DNA of 64,000 bases from Terriglobia bacterium (GCA_965198225.1 CBDAOY010000006.1:320001-384000), one strand, 5' to 3'. Shown: positions 10,741 through 21,568, counted from the first letter of the stretch. The notes: generated by a model not told the origin, from the letters alone. Numbers and translations: made by a program.

Positions 10741-11377
10741 ATGCGCCCTTGGTCGCGAGCAACTCTAGAAGAGTACCAGCGACTCACATGCGCCCTCGCG
10801 AGCAACTCTAGAAGAGTACCAGCGACTCACACTGCGTGCTCACAGCATACTGGCCGATGTGCCTCTGCATGACGTCTGGCGAGTTTCCCTCCGGGGCGGG
10901 CACACCTCCCGCACCATCAAGGATGTTCGCTCGGTCTTCCAAGCCCCGAGGAAGACACAACCTCTAAACTCAACCGTTCGCGCGCTCTTCGCGCTCCGAT
11001 GGTTTCTCGGACGTTTGTTTCGATGGGATGTTCCTTTGGCACAGCCGGAAGTCTGGTCTTTTCGAACGCGACTCTCCGAGGCTGACCGCCAGCTGTCGAT
11101 TGTCGAGCCCGGGACGCCCGAGGGACCGTTTTCTGTCTTGTACGTGCACCCGAGGGAGGCAGTCGATGAGATCCGGAACGCGACGGTCCATGCCTTCCTA
11201 GTTTGGTCCCTGGAGCCAGCGCCGGATGGTTATCAGCTCTTATGGGCGATTCACATCCTCCCAGTCAGCGCCTGGACAAAGCCGTATCTTGCGGTGATCG
11301 ATCCCTTCCGGCGCTGGTTGGTATACCCGTCGTTGTTGCGACGCATTCATGAAGCGTGGTCCCATGAGTTCAAGTGA
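10741..11377 (+). pseudogene. DUF2867-like protein, start frameshifted by a 43-bp tandem duplication
   Basis: LADVPLHDVW, LFALRWFLGRLFRWD, EIRNATVHAFL, YLAVIDPFRRWLVYP; duplication 10741-10787/10788-10830. Confidence 0.72.
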
Positions 11378-11718
11378 GCAACCGGGAACATGGTCACAGC
11401 GCGATGAAGCTGACCTTGCCCACGATCTCTACGACTTGGGGGGGGAGGCACTGCTACAAGTAGCCGACTGCTCAGGAGTGGAAGAATCGGTAAACGCTGC
11501 GGCGTTACTCAGGACTAATCGTCGTCGATTGCACCCAAGGTCGTAACCAGTGAAAATCCGGCGCTCATTATAAGACTTTGGCCGATAAGTAAAACAAAAG
11601 GGGTTCGCAGTGCAGGGGGTGGCGGGACGGCTCAAAACGCGAGTTTTCGCTTCTGGAATCGAACGCCGCGTCGAGATCCAGGCTATCGCAAAAGGTCCGG
11701 ACGGTCGGGGCGCGAGTC

Positions 11719-13257
11719 TCAGCCAGTCGGCGGACCGGGTCGCGGATCGCGCCTCTCGATCGAAAACTCGTCGAAGACCGCGTCGTCGTTTCGACGCACA
11801 CGGAAGGTGGCCGTCCACGTGCCGTCGGCGTTGTTGATCAGCTCCATCTCCAGCATGCTCGCATACCGGTCGTCCTCAGCCCAGTCGTAGTGCCACTGCC
11901 GGAAGAACGGTGCCTGGTCGTCGCCATTGACCGACATCCACTTCTCCCACCCTTTCTGTGCCTGGCGCGACACGCTGCCCGAGTTGCCGACCACGAAGTA
12001 GTTGATGTTGCGTTCGTCGCCCGCGTCTCGCAACGGACCCAATCCTACGAGGCTGCGCTCGGCCAGATGGTCGTGCGACGAGATCACCGCGTCGACGCCG
12101 TACTCGCGGAAGAGCGGATCCAGCGCCCGAAGCTCGTGGCCTCGCTGCGTATCGTTCCTCTTCTCAGAAGTTCCATGCACGCCGCTGGAGTACGGCGAAG
12201 GGTGGGACAGCACCACGGTCATTACGCTCTGCTCCCGCGCGTCCGCCAGCTGAGCCTTGAGCCATCGATACTGCTCACTGCCGGGTTCCCAGTCAGGCGT
12301 CGAGCCGTCGTGCAGGAAGTCGTGATTGTCGAGTTTGTCGTCCGAGGTGTTGTTGGCGTCGAGTACGACAAACGTCACGGCTCCATACGTCAGCACGTAG
12401 TAGCGTTCGTCCCACCGACTGTCGGTCGACCCGTTGGAAGGGTGTGCCACGATGGCTTTAAACCGCTCCATCGAGTCGACCGTCAAGTCGTAGTAGTCGG
12501 CGTCACCGGGGGGATACTGCGGCAGGTTCGCGATCTCGTGATTGCCGACGACGAGGTGGTACGGCACAGTGCTCCCGGTCGTAGCACCGGGGTCAGCTGC
12601 GTCGGTGGCCGTCATGATCCGGCGCAGGAAACGTCCCCAGTGGTCGACGGAGCCATACTCAACGATATCCCCCAGCTCGAAGATCAGGTCCGATGAGGCG
12701 GCCTTGGCGACCATGCTGCGATGACGCGCGATCACGTGAGAATCGTCGGTGCGGCCGTCGCCGAGGATACTGAACTTCACGCTGCTGTGTCGTTGTTTGG
12801 CCGTCCGGAATTGGTAGCTGTCGCTCACGGCGTCGCCAGAACGCACGCGATAGAGATGCGGGGTTTCCGGAGTCAGCGCAGTGAGCGTCGCTTCGTGGAG
12901 CCACTTGTCCATCTCCTCGACGTACTCGTTCGTCGCCGGCGTCTGCGTGTCCAGCTCTGTCACCCCGTGCTCCACAAAGCTCTTCCGCTGGCTCACATGC
13001 GTCCACCACAACACCGTCATCCCAGTGGGCGAGGGATTCTGCAGGTAGGGCAGGACCCAGAACGCCGCCGGCACTGCGGCTCCTTGCTCGGACCCACGCG
13101 TGGGTGTGCTCCTAGAAGCCGCGCAGGCTGTGACGAAGGCCATGACCATCACAGCGATGAGCAGGACGCGACGCGGAACGAGGGGATGCCTCGCGCTGAG
13201 GCGCCTCATGACTCTTCGTGGAGCGCGCGGTCGCGATCGGTTCATAGGACCTCTCAA
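11719..13257 (-). CDS. Purple acid phosphatase-like metallophosphoesterase with FN3-like N-terminal domain, probable lipoprotein
   Basis: PYLQ, GDGR, GDIV, GNHE, HPSPY, SHDH motifs; lipobox-like VTAC; start uncertain. Confidence 0.85.
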   Translation of the reverse strand: MRGPMNRSRPRAPRRVMRRLSARHPLVPRRVLLIAVMVMAFVTACAASRSTPTRGSEQGAAVPAAFWVLPYLQNPSPTGMTVLWWTHVSQRKSFVEHGVTELDTQTPATNEYVEEMDKWLHEATLTALTPETPHLYRVRSGDAVSDSYQFRTAKQRHSSVKFSILGDGRTDDSHVIARHRSMVAKAASSDLIFELGDIVEYGSVDHWGRFLRRIMTATDAADPGATTGSTVPYHLVVGNHEIANLPQYPPGDADYYDLTVDSMERFKAIVAHPSNGSTDSRWDERYYVLTYGAVTFVVLDANNTSDDKLDNHDFLHDGSTPDWEPGSEQYRWLKAQLADAREQSVMTVVLSHPSPYSSGVHGTSEKRNDTQRGHELRALDPLFREYGVDAVISSHDHLAERSLVGLGPLRDAGDERNINYFVVGNSGSVSRQAQKGWEKWMSVNGDDQAPFFRQWHYDWAEDDRYASMLEMELINNADGTWTATFRVRRNDDAVFDEFSIERRDPRPGPPTG

Positions 13258-13361
13258 ATCAAGACGAAAGCCTCTGCCTGTTCAGGGAACATATGCGCTG
13301 CCGTGGCCAGAATCACATCTTGCCAAGCCTACACACTCACGAACGGTGAGTAAAATAGTTG

Positions 13362-14316
13362 TCATGCGCCAGCAGTTCGTGCTCCACTCGGCATCGGGTT
13401 TGCGTTGCCGCAGACCCCGTACCGCATCATATCAACGCCCTTAGAATTCCAGGTTCTTGCGAACATGTTATTGGTCCAGGTCGCCGCCCGAAGTCGCCCC
13501 TTCACACCCGCGATCTCGAGTCCCACCCCGACGTATTTCAGGTGGAGCTCGGTTAAAGCGTAGCCACTCGCTTCGTTGAGCCCACGGTTCCGGCACCGGG
13601 GACGTGGATGTGCCAAGCGGTTTCAAACGCCATGACTGTATTCTCTGCGCCGGGTCTTCGACGGAACCCGTCCAAGTTGGCGGCGGCGCGGGTTACGCGT
13701 TCTTGTCCCCGAGCTGCTCCACGGACGCAGTCGAGGAGTCGCACACGCCATGTTGGTATATCATCTGCTTCTTGTTTAGGTCATGGCGCTCAAGCTCCCA
13801 GACTCTAGTGAACACGTTGTTGCTCCACGCGGCTGCCAGACGCGGCCAGGCGCCCGGGGGATCTTCGATCCCTACCCCGACGTACCGTAGACGGGTCCCG
13901 GAAGCATAGCCCTCCGCCTCGTTGAGCCATTCCTCTGGCTCGAAGTCCCATTTGATCCAGTGGGCAAATCCGAAGGTCGAGTTCGGCTCGATTGGCAAGT
14001 CCGTTTTCATCAACCGGATTTCCACTGTTCCGGTTGCCGCCTCTTTCTTCTCGGGAGTCAATGTTGTCGACTTATAGGTGCCGTCCCAAACCCCTGTGGG
14101 CTGGCCTACGTCCTTTACGAGCTCTTCCTTGGCGAGAGCACCGCGATACATCGGGAGCGCAAACTGGCCCTCCACATGCTTAAAATCGTCGGCGACCGTT
14201 GGACGGAAGACGATCACGCCGATTTCCCGGAAAAATCCTTCTGCCCAGGGTGGTTTGGCAGCGGTGTATTGCAAAGTCGGGTCAGAAAGTTGAAGCATGT
14301 CAATGAGTTGAAGCAT
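13362..14316 (-). pseudogene. Hypothetical two-repeat protein, apparently broken by frameshifts
   Basis: ORFs 13693-14316 and 13362-13616 share LNEAxGY..LxYVGVGxE..AxWxNNxFxRxW..xGVC; bridging ORF 13553-13744. Confidence 0.55.
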
Positions 14317-14779
14317 TTTGAATCCTCCTCGATGGCATCGCGACGAGCGGCCGGCTCAGACAGCGCTCGGGATGAGCGTAATTATGCTGGTCAGTCTTGA
14401 CTCTTGAGATCTCCTGGAACGATTTCCCGGAGCAGGGAGAAAGCCTCTGCCTTCCTGCACCCGGACTCCCTCCCCTTTTGATAGCCGGGGCCTCGGGCGG
14501 TGGCAGTCACGGGCCAACTACGTCAAGTGCCAACTACCTGGAAAAGTGAAACGTCTGATTACTCCTCCCTTGTCGCCAAGGGTTTATCCATCCTGCCGAA
14601 GTGAATGGCTCTACCCTTCGGCGTTTATCAGGAGCAACCCACGGGAAAGGAATATTTTTTAGCATTTTACAGGCTGCATTCAAACGCGTTTGTGGCTAGC
14701 GGCCGGGTAAAACCTTACACCCATACGACGACATTGACAGCCCTGCCATGGTCGTCAGACTCTGCTTGTTCCGCTTATG

Positions 14780-14937
14780 CGCTCGAGGCCAGTGAAATCG
14801 TCCAGGTGACTGCCAGGGACACAGCCGGGGAGAAGACCTTCTCGGTGCGGATGCGAAGCCATACTCCCGTGAAGCTCGAGTACTACCTGCACGGCGGGAT
14901 CCTGCAGTATGTCCTGCGGCAGACTCTCGCGGCTTGA
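14780..14937 (+). pseudogene. acnA: Aconitase A C-terminal fragment
   Basis: TFSVRMRSHTPVKLEYYLHGGILQYVLRQ matches the AcnA C-terminus; no upstream gene body. Confidence 0.75.
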
Positions 14938-14962
14938 TCAACTAGCGGACTGTCATAATCCA

Positions 14963-16159
14963 CTAGCCCAGCGAGCGACCGGCGATCCAGCTTCCTCCGA
15001 TGATCGTCCCAAGCGTGCTTCCCAGGTTCGAGAGCACGACGACCAGCAGAATGCGACTCACCGGGTTGGTCCAGAAACCCTTGACCGTGCTGATCGACTC
15101 GGACAGATTCTCGAGGTCTTCAACCGTCGGCTTCTTGAGGACCGCTTGCGCCAGGCCCGAGACCCAACCGGCGGCGATCATTGGGTTCAGGCTGGTAAGC
15201 GGCGCCGCTACGAAGGCGGTGAGAATGGTCAGCGGATGCCCCAGCGCAAGGAGTGCACCGAGTGCGGAGAACGTGCCGTTGACCAGCACCCAGATGGCCA
15301 CCGACTCCAGCGAGTGCTGTGCTCCGCCTATGAAGAAACCGTAAACAATCAGTCCGACGATCGCCACAGGGATGCCCCACTTGAGGAGCTGCGGCCAGAA
15401 CGAGGGCTTGGGTTGCTGTTCAAGGGGCCCAAAGGGGGTGTCCTTCTGGATCTCCTGCAGGATGCCGGGAACGTGGCCTGCGCCCAAGATCGCGACGACA
15501 GTCTTGCCTTCGGCGCTGCGGATCTTCTGCGACAGGTAGACGTCTCGTTCATCGATCAATGTGCCCTTGACGGTGGGGAATTCCTTGGCCAGGAGCCCCA
15601 GCACGTCGGCAAGCTGTTCCTCCTGCTTGATCTCCTCGACGGTTTCCGCGTCGATCTTGCCGACGAAGAACAGGCTCATCATGAGCTGTCCCATCATCTT
15701 CAGCTTGCTCCAGAAACCCAGATTGCCCCAGGTCCGGCGCAGAGTGATCTGAATATCGCGGTCGGCCAGCACCAACGCTGCCTGCCGCTTCTCCGCCAGC
15801 CGGATTCCTTCGACCATTTCTGCGCCCGGAGTGACGCCGAGTTGCTGCGCGATGCGGCGCTGGTACGAGCTCATGATGAGGGAGCTCAGGAGAATCATGG
15901 CCTTTTTCTCGCGGATGATCTTGACGATGTTGGTTCGCTTCCACTGCTCGCGATCCATGATGTTGCGGTAGCGCGACTCGCAGAGTTCGACGCATATCGA
16001 GTCGGGATTGACGGCGGCGATGGTATCTCGGACGTCCTGAACGCTCTGCTTCGAGACGTGGGCCGTGGCGACGAGGTAGATCTGCCGGCCCTCGAGTTCT
16101 ACCTTCTTGACGCAGGAGGGGATCTCCGGCGTGGGTTTGGTGGGCTCGATTTCCGTCAT
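14963..16159 (-). CDS. TraB/PrgY family protein with C-terminal membrane helices
   Basis: LVATAHVS, ICVELC, PGAEM, LADRDIQITLRR, LIDERD, GAGH motifs. Confidence 0.92.
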   Translation of the reverse strand: MTEIEPTKPTPEIPSCVKKVELEGRQIYLVATAHVSKQSVQDVRDTIAAVNPDSICVELCESRYRNIMDREQWKRTNIVKIIREKKAMILLSSLIMSSYQRRIAQQLGVTPGAEMVEGIRLAEKRQAALVLADRDIQITLRRTWGNLGFWSKLKMMGQLMMSLFFVGKIDAETVEEIKQEEQLADVLGLLAKEFPTVKGTLIDERDVYLSQKIRSAEGKTVVAILGAGHVPGILQEIQKDTPFGPLEQQPKPSFWPQLLKWGIPVAIVGLIVYGFFIGGAQHSLESVAIWVLVNGTFSALGALLALGHPLTILTAFVAAPLTSLNPMIAAGWVSGLAQAVLKKPTVEDLENLSESISTVKGFWTNPVSRILLVVVLSNLGSTLGTIIGGSWIAGRSLG

Positions 16160-16170
16160 GGAGTGTCCGC

Positions 16171-16479
16171 TTATCCCTTCAAGGCCTTGCCCAGCTTGAG
16201 TCGCAGGCGGTCCTCGATCCTGTGGTCATCCCGCCATCCCACCAGGTTTGCCGGCAGACCGTGCAGGAACATCGCGAAGTGCAATGGGTCACCACCGGCA
16301 AGATCGGTCTCGCCCTTGCGGCCCAGAGTATCGACGCGGGCAACTTCCTGCCTCTCGCTGACGTCCACCGAGGAGAGGTGGCTGTAAAGAGACATCAAAC
16401 TGTAGCCATGGTTGACCACCCCATTGCCGTAAATGCCGAATGAGCCGGCTCTCAAGACGATAAGGCCGACAGCGTGCAC
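16171..16479 (-). pseudogene. M23 peptidase C-terminal fragment
   Basis: GIYGN..HG..LMSLYSHLS..G.TDLAGGDPLHF; HxH motif degraded, 5' part missing. Confidence 0.75.
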
Positions 16480-16865
16480 CTCTCAGGGGCATTATCACCC
16501 GTTCTCATGTATCCGTTCTATCGGTCGAAATCCAGAGGAACTCAAACAACAAGTACCAGTGTCGGGATTCGGGTCGTCAGGTCCTTACAAATGCGGTTGT
16601 AGGACTTTACCCTCTGGCATTAATGGCGGCCCCCCGAAAAGTGCCCTTAGCAACGAGCAGCGGGATTACCTGCCATAAGTCGCCAAGGGATGACCTATGC
16701 GCCGTCAACAATTCCCCATCACTGCGGCGTTAGTCAGGAGCTGTCCGGAAGACGGATGTCGTAGAAGCCGGTTCGGGCGGGTCAGGTGTCCGTCGGTAAC
16801 TAATTCTAGTTATCGTAACCCTTCCACTAACCCGTAACTAAAATTCTGGGAAGCCCCGGTATCGG

Positions 16866-18299
16866 CTAGCGATTGCCGAGCGCCCCTCGCAGTTTGTCGG
16901 CTAGTGATCCAAAGGACGCCGTCGCCGGGGCATCCGGACGCTCGGCGTACTCCCGTAGTTCCGCTTGCTCCCGTTGCTTGGCGACCGCCGTCTTGCTGAG
17001 GCGAATCCGGCCCCCGGCCGGATCAACCTCAAGCACCATCACTTCAACCTCGCTGCCCAGGGGAAAGGCCCGCAGCATGTCCTGGTCGCGGTCCACCCCG
17101 GTTTCCGCAGTCGGTATGAGGCCAGTCTTGCCAGGTGCCAGGAACACGAACACGCCGAACGTCTCGTGCCGCTCCACCTTTCCGACCAGGATCGCCCCCT
17201 CCACGATGCCACTCTGCGGTGCTCGGGCTCCGGCCGTGCGGGTGGAGCCTTCCTCCAGCATTGCGACACCCATACGCTGCTTCTCGGAGTCGATGCTCAA
17301 AATCTCGAACGCGGCGGTGTCGCCCACAGCGATGGACTTCGTCCACCCGTCGGCGCGCGCCGTTGGGGCGAACGTCGAGCTGTGCGCAAGCGCCTCGATG
17401 CCAGGTTCCAGCTCTACGAAGGCACCGAACTCCATCATTCGGGTGACGCGGCCCGTGTACACCTGGCCCACTTCGTAGCGGGTCGCCACCCCGGTCCACG
17501 GATCCTTCTGGAGCTGTTTCAGCCCGAGCGAAATCCTGTCGGCGTCCTCGTCCACGCGCAGCACCTGGACAGTGATCTGATCGCCGGGCGCCACTATTTC
17601 GCTGGGACTGCTCACGCGCGACCAGCTCATCTGGGACACATGCAGCAGGCCCTGGATGCCGCCACCCAAATCCACGAACGCGCCGAATTCGGGCACCGAG
17701 ACGACGCGCCCCGTGAGCACCGCGCCGGCTACGATGGATTTGCGAACCTCGGCCGCAACGGCGCGCTGCTCCTCTTCGAGCTGCTTGCGCCTCGAGACCA
17801 CGATATTCTTGCCGCCTTCCTTGTACTCGATGATGCGGAACGTGTAGACCTGCCCCTCGTGTACGGCCGGATCGGATGTGCGGGCGATGTCGATTTGCGA
17901 CATCGGGCAGAACGCGCGCTCTCGGGCGATGCGCACCTCGTAGCCGCCCTTTATCGCAGTCTCGACCTTACCCTCTATGGCGAGGCCGTCCTGGAATGCA
18001 TCTTCGATTTCGCGCTGGGTGGCAGCGTTGCGTACGCCCCTCCGCGACAGCGTGATGCCTCTGGTCGTGGAGACGACGATGGCCTGGAGGGGATCGCCAA
18101 CCGCGACTTCCAGGTTGCCGTCGGCGTCTTTCAGTTCCGCGACGTCGATCTGGGCCTCGCTCTTGCCGCCCACGCTGACAAGGGCCACCTCGGCGCCGAT
18201 GGCCACGATCGTGCCATCGACGGTCTGGCCCCGGTCGAAGCGCTTGGCCCCGACCGACGCTTCGAACATCGCGGCGAAATCTTCGTCTGGTTCGTTCAT
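16866..18299 (-). CDS. rpsA: Multi-S1-domain protein (30S ribosomal protein S1 homolog)
   Basis: Repeated FGAFV..G..GL.H.S S1 domains, RISLGLKQLQKDPW, C-terminal FGSLADKL; GAGGTG RBS before ATG 18299. Confidence 0.85.
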   Translation of the reverse strand: MNEPDEDFAAMFEASVGAKRFDRGQTVDGTIVAIGAEVALVSVGGKSEAQIDVAELKDADGNLEVAVGDPLQAIVVSTTRGITLSRRGVRNAATQREIEDAFQDGLAIEGKVETAIKGGYEVRIARERAFCPMSQIDIARTSDPAVHEGQVYTFRIIEYKEGGKNIVVSRRKQLEEEQRAVAAEVRKSIVAGAVLTGRVVSVPEFGAFVDLGGGIQGLLHVSQMSWSRVSSPSEIVAPGDQITVQVLRVDEDADRISLGLKQLQKDPWTGVATRYEVGQVYTGRVTRMMEFGAFVELEPGIEALAHSSTFAPTARADGWTKSIAVGDTAAFEILSIDSEKQRMGVAMLEEGSTRTAGARAPQSGIVEGAILVGKVERHETFGVFVFLAPGKTGLIPTAETGVDRDQDMLRAFPLGSEVEVMVLEVDPAGGRIRLSKTAVAKQREQAELREYAERPDAPATASFGSLADKLRGALGNR

Positions 18300-18423
18300 T
18301 GCATACACCTCGGAACTGGAACGGAAGCGATTATACCAGCGCATATTTTTGAACCGCAACGCCACCCGCAGCCTACGGCTGACATGTGATTGATGGAATC
18401 GCACCAACGAGCTGAGTCGTTCC

Positions 18424-18692
18424 CTAGTAGCCTGTAACAGAGATAGTGACAGCGTCGACGATGGGCCTTGCGGGCCCTCTCCCGACTCGTCGCAGATGGA
18501 AAGCGTCGCTGTTTCCTAGCTCCTCTGCGTGGCTGGCAAGGCCCATCGTCCCTTCGGGTTGCGGCGGAACAGCACCGTCTTCGTTGTCGCGCCTTCTCGC
18601 AATGAAGCAGCATTACCTCGGGCGGCGCTCCTAGAATCCGGTACCGTTGCGCTCGCAACGCCACTATCACTTTCTCTGTTACAGGCCACTAG
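18424..18692. mobile_element. MITE-like element, TIR CTAGTRGCCTGTAACAGAGA
   Basis: ~30-bp imperfect TIRs, CTAG at both ends, 269 bp, internal hairpin core. Confidence 0.88.
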
Positions 18693-18966
18693 CTCCCGGG
18701 AATTTGCGGAAGTGTTACCGAAGTCGCCTTCTGGAAAACTGAGACTCCCATTCTTGGACTCCCTCAAACTGTGCCATTTCCCCCTAGAGTTACACTTGGA
18801 GGCGGGCCGACGCGGGATTACTCCTGCGTTGTCGCCAAGGGTTTACGAATCCGCCAACGGATGGCTCTAGACTGGGTGTCAGGGGCGATCCGTAGGTCTC
18901 TCGGAGTATTCCGGCGGGCGAGGCGAGCTCGGAGATTCGGACGGTGGAGACTGGTCGGCGCGATCG

Positions 18967-19338
18967 TCAGGTCACGAGTGCCGCAAGGCGTCCGACGAAG
19001 ATGAGTACGATCGCGAATGCGAAGAAGTAGAGAACGAGAACGCCGAGGCCGACGGTCGCCTTGGCGGCTCGGTTCTCGAAGGGCACCGCAGCAACGATGT
19101 CGGAGAGTCTCGAGACGGCGCGCACCGCCACGTAGAGCGCGATGAGCATGGCGCCGAGGCCAAGGGGTGGCGCGTCGTCGATTTCGGCGGACCCTATCAG
19201 AACGGCAGCGAGCATGATGCGCCCGAGCCAGGTGAAGAAGGTCCCTTCGGCGGCGGCAAGCCGGTCCTCGCTGATGAGTGCGAACACCCCTCGAGCGGGA
19301 TGCTCGTTGGGCGCGGCCGGGTTTTTTACGTGTTCCAT
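18967..19338 (-). CDS. Hypothetical membrane protein
   Basis: GGAGG RBS, about three hydrophobic helices. Confidence 0.6.
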   Translation of the reverse strand: MEHVKNPAAPNEHPARGVFALISEDRLAAAEGTFFTWLGRIMLAAVLIGSAEIDDAPPLGLGAMLIALYVAVRAVSRLSDIVAAVPFENRAAKATVGLGVLVLYFFAFAIVLIFVGRLAALVT

Positions 19339-19480
19339 CGGTACCTCCGGTGCTGTCTCGGCCGCGATGGCGTGATCCGTTAGCCGCCGTCCGCGGAGGA
19401 GAATGAAGTATAGCCCCAGAAACTTTGAAATATCAAGTACTTTACGTATTTGAGCTCCAATCGAAGGCGAATTCCGTCGA

Positions 19481-19575
19481 TGATGTAACGACTTCATACT
19501 GTGCAAGTTTGGAGCCGGGTTGAATCACACTGCAGGTGGGAGTTGAACGGAATCGAAGAGTCACATGCCTGATCT
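19481..19575 (-). pseudogene. Ser/Thr kinase start remnant with its upstream leader
   Basis: GTG ATT CAA CCC GGC TCC... = MIQPGSKLAQYEVVT, nearly identical to 252-293; leader resembles 305-350. Confidence 0.8.
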
Positions 19576-19792
19576 ACCGCATACCCTCCGAAGTGAGGAC
19601 CCAATAGATCGGAACAGCCAATAGAGACGGCGAGCGGAGCGATGGACGCGGATCATGGGACGAAGTCAGGGTGGCCCGACGGGCGGGCAAGCCAGCTTCC
19701 CCCCGCCCGTTTCCATGCGCCTGTCAGGGCCGAGACTGGTAGCGCTGACCATGCGCCCGTTCCGGCTTCGGGCCGCGCTTAGCCGACCAGCC

Positions 19793-21118
19793 TCACCTCC
19801 CGTCGCCGCTGTACCAGACACGGAAGATCCGATTGGCCCCGTCCTCGGCGACCAGCAGCGAGCCGTCCGCCGACTGCAGTACATCGACAGGGCGACCCCA
19901 CACCTCCTTCTCCGGAGAGGGGCCAATGTAAGTGGACAAAGCACGTGTCTCGTCGTCCCTGAGGATGAAGCCGGTCAGAAAGTCCTCCGGTGGACCCGAC
20001 GGCATCCCGTTCTCGAAGGGGATGCGCACGACCTTGTACCCGACGAGGTACGGGCGGTTGACGGACCCTCGCAGCGCAACGAACGCGCTGTTGCGGTACG
20101 TCTCGGGAAACTGCTCGCCGGTGTAGAAGGCCAATCCCATCGGGGCGGCGTGGGCGGGGAGGAGCACATCGGGAACGATCGTCTTCTCGATAAGATCCGG
20201 TCGCGCTCCGTTGAGAAGCGGCTCGGGGTTCGGACCGGTATAGGCATACGGCCAGCCGTAGAAGCCGCCGTCCACCACTGATGTCACGAAATCGGGAGCA
20301 AGCTCATCCCCCAGGTGGTCCCGCTCGTGCACCGCGGTCCACAGAGTGCTCGATTCCGGGTAGAACGCCATGGGCACGGGGTTTCGCAGGCCCCCGGCGA
20401 ATACCCGATGTCCTGAGCCGTCCGTGTTGTATTCGCTGATCGCGGCCCTCCGGGGATCGGTGCCGGGCTTGGCATTCGTCGCTGAGCCCGCCGCGACATA
20501 CATCTTCCGGCCGTCCGGCCCGAAGATCAGGTTCCGCGTCGTGTGGCGGAAACCACTCGTCGGGTGATCGGACCGTTCGATCAGCTCCACCCGGCGGTCG
20601 TCGATCCCGAGGCGCTCCGCCCGCGTCCGGCTGACGTCGATGCCGAGCCGCTGCGCCGTCTCGTGATCGAGCGCGTCGCTTTCCACCGGGAGGTCCACGA
20701 CGTGCTCGGGTACTCCTTGCGCCCGAAGCTGTCCCGCAACGTATGGGAAGCGCACGACAGCGTCGTTGTTCCCGACGTACAGGAACCCATCGAGGAACGC
20801 CATGCCGAACGGTCGCTCCAGCCCCGTGGCGAACGTCTCGCGGCGTTCTGCAACGCCGTCGCCGTCCGCGTCTCGGAGGATCAGGACCCTACCGAAGCCG
20901 GTCTCGGCGACGAAGACGTCTCCGTTCGGAGCAAGGGCCAGTCGGCGCGGGTTTGAGAGCCCTTCGGCGAATACGCTCACTTCGAATCCCGCCGGAACGG
21001 ACAGCCTAGCGCCGTCCGGCCGCTCCACGATCGTTGGAAAGGCTCGGTTCCACTCGGTTTCGAAGGGCTCGGGAAGCTGCTGGGCCGACAGGACCAGGAG
21101 CAAAGCGATGACAGACAT
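19793..21118 (-). CDS. PQQ-dependent sugar/sorbosone dehydrogenase family protein
   Basis: GLRNPV, VHERDHLGD, FYGWPY, HAAPMGLAFY, WGRPVDV motifs; GGAG RBS. Confidence 0.9.
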   Translation of the reverse strand: MSVIALLLVLSAQQLPEPFETEWNRAFPTIVERPDGARLSVPAGFEVSVFAEGLSNPRRLALAPNGDVFVAETGFGRVLILRDADGDGVAERRETFATGLERPFGMAFLDGFLYVGNNDAVVRFPYVAGQLRAQGVPEHVVDLPVESDALDHETAQRLGIDVSRTRAERLGIDDRRVELIERSDHPTSGFRHTTRNLIFGPDGRKMYVAAGSATNAKPGTDPRRAAISEYNTDGSGHRVFAGGLRNPVPMAFYPESSTLWTAVHERDHLGDELAPDFVTSVVDGGFYGWPYAYTGPNPEPLLNGARPDLIEKTIVPDVLLPAHAAPMGLAFYTGEQFPETYRNSAFVALRGSVNRPYLVGYKVVRIPFENGMPSGPPEDFLTGFILRDDETRALSTYIGPSPEKEVWGRPVDVLQSADGSLLVAEDGANRIFRVWYSGDGR

Positions 21119-21568
21119 ACGAGGCCACTCCTTTGAGCTCGGGCGTCATGTGATTAGACGATAGGAAGCACTAGCAATCCTGCGACGTGTCGTCTTCCCG
21201 GCCCAAGCGATCGTGGCACGGTAGCAGACCCACAGCCTCCCTGGCAATGACGATAGGAAGCGCCTACTTCGTGTCCGTCTCTTTCCACGCTTCGCCTATG
21301 CCGCCGTTGCCGAGGGGGAGAGGATCTCGTAGTGGCCAAGCTCCGTGCCAGGCTGCATGTTTTAGAGCCCGTCGGATTAGATGCTAGAAATCTCGGCAAC
21401 TATAACTACAGGTGGGAGTTAAACGCAATCAAACAGTCCCATGCCTGAAATGGGGCCTTCCCGACGAGATCGACAAGGCAGTGTAGCCGACTATACAGCA
21501 AGGTGGATTGAGGGCAGTGGGGCGGATCGAGAGGGTTTGTCGGGGGCAGAAGGCTCGAACACAGATCC

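Noticed and set aside
11574-11698. Possible fourth MITE type (GACTTTGGCCGATA...TATCGCAAAAGGTC)
   Set aside because: Inverted repeat is too degenerate and there is no second copy
14909-18389. Long antisense ORFs such as 14909-16387, 16965-18389 and 7805-9238
   Set aside because: Shadows of real genes in GC-rich DNA, with no motifs
20600-20660. RLGID duplication inside the PQQ dehydrogenase
   Set aside because: Short in-frame duplication, probably in a loop; no further signal
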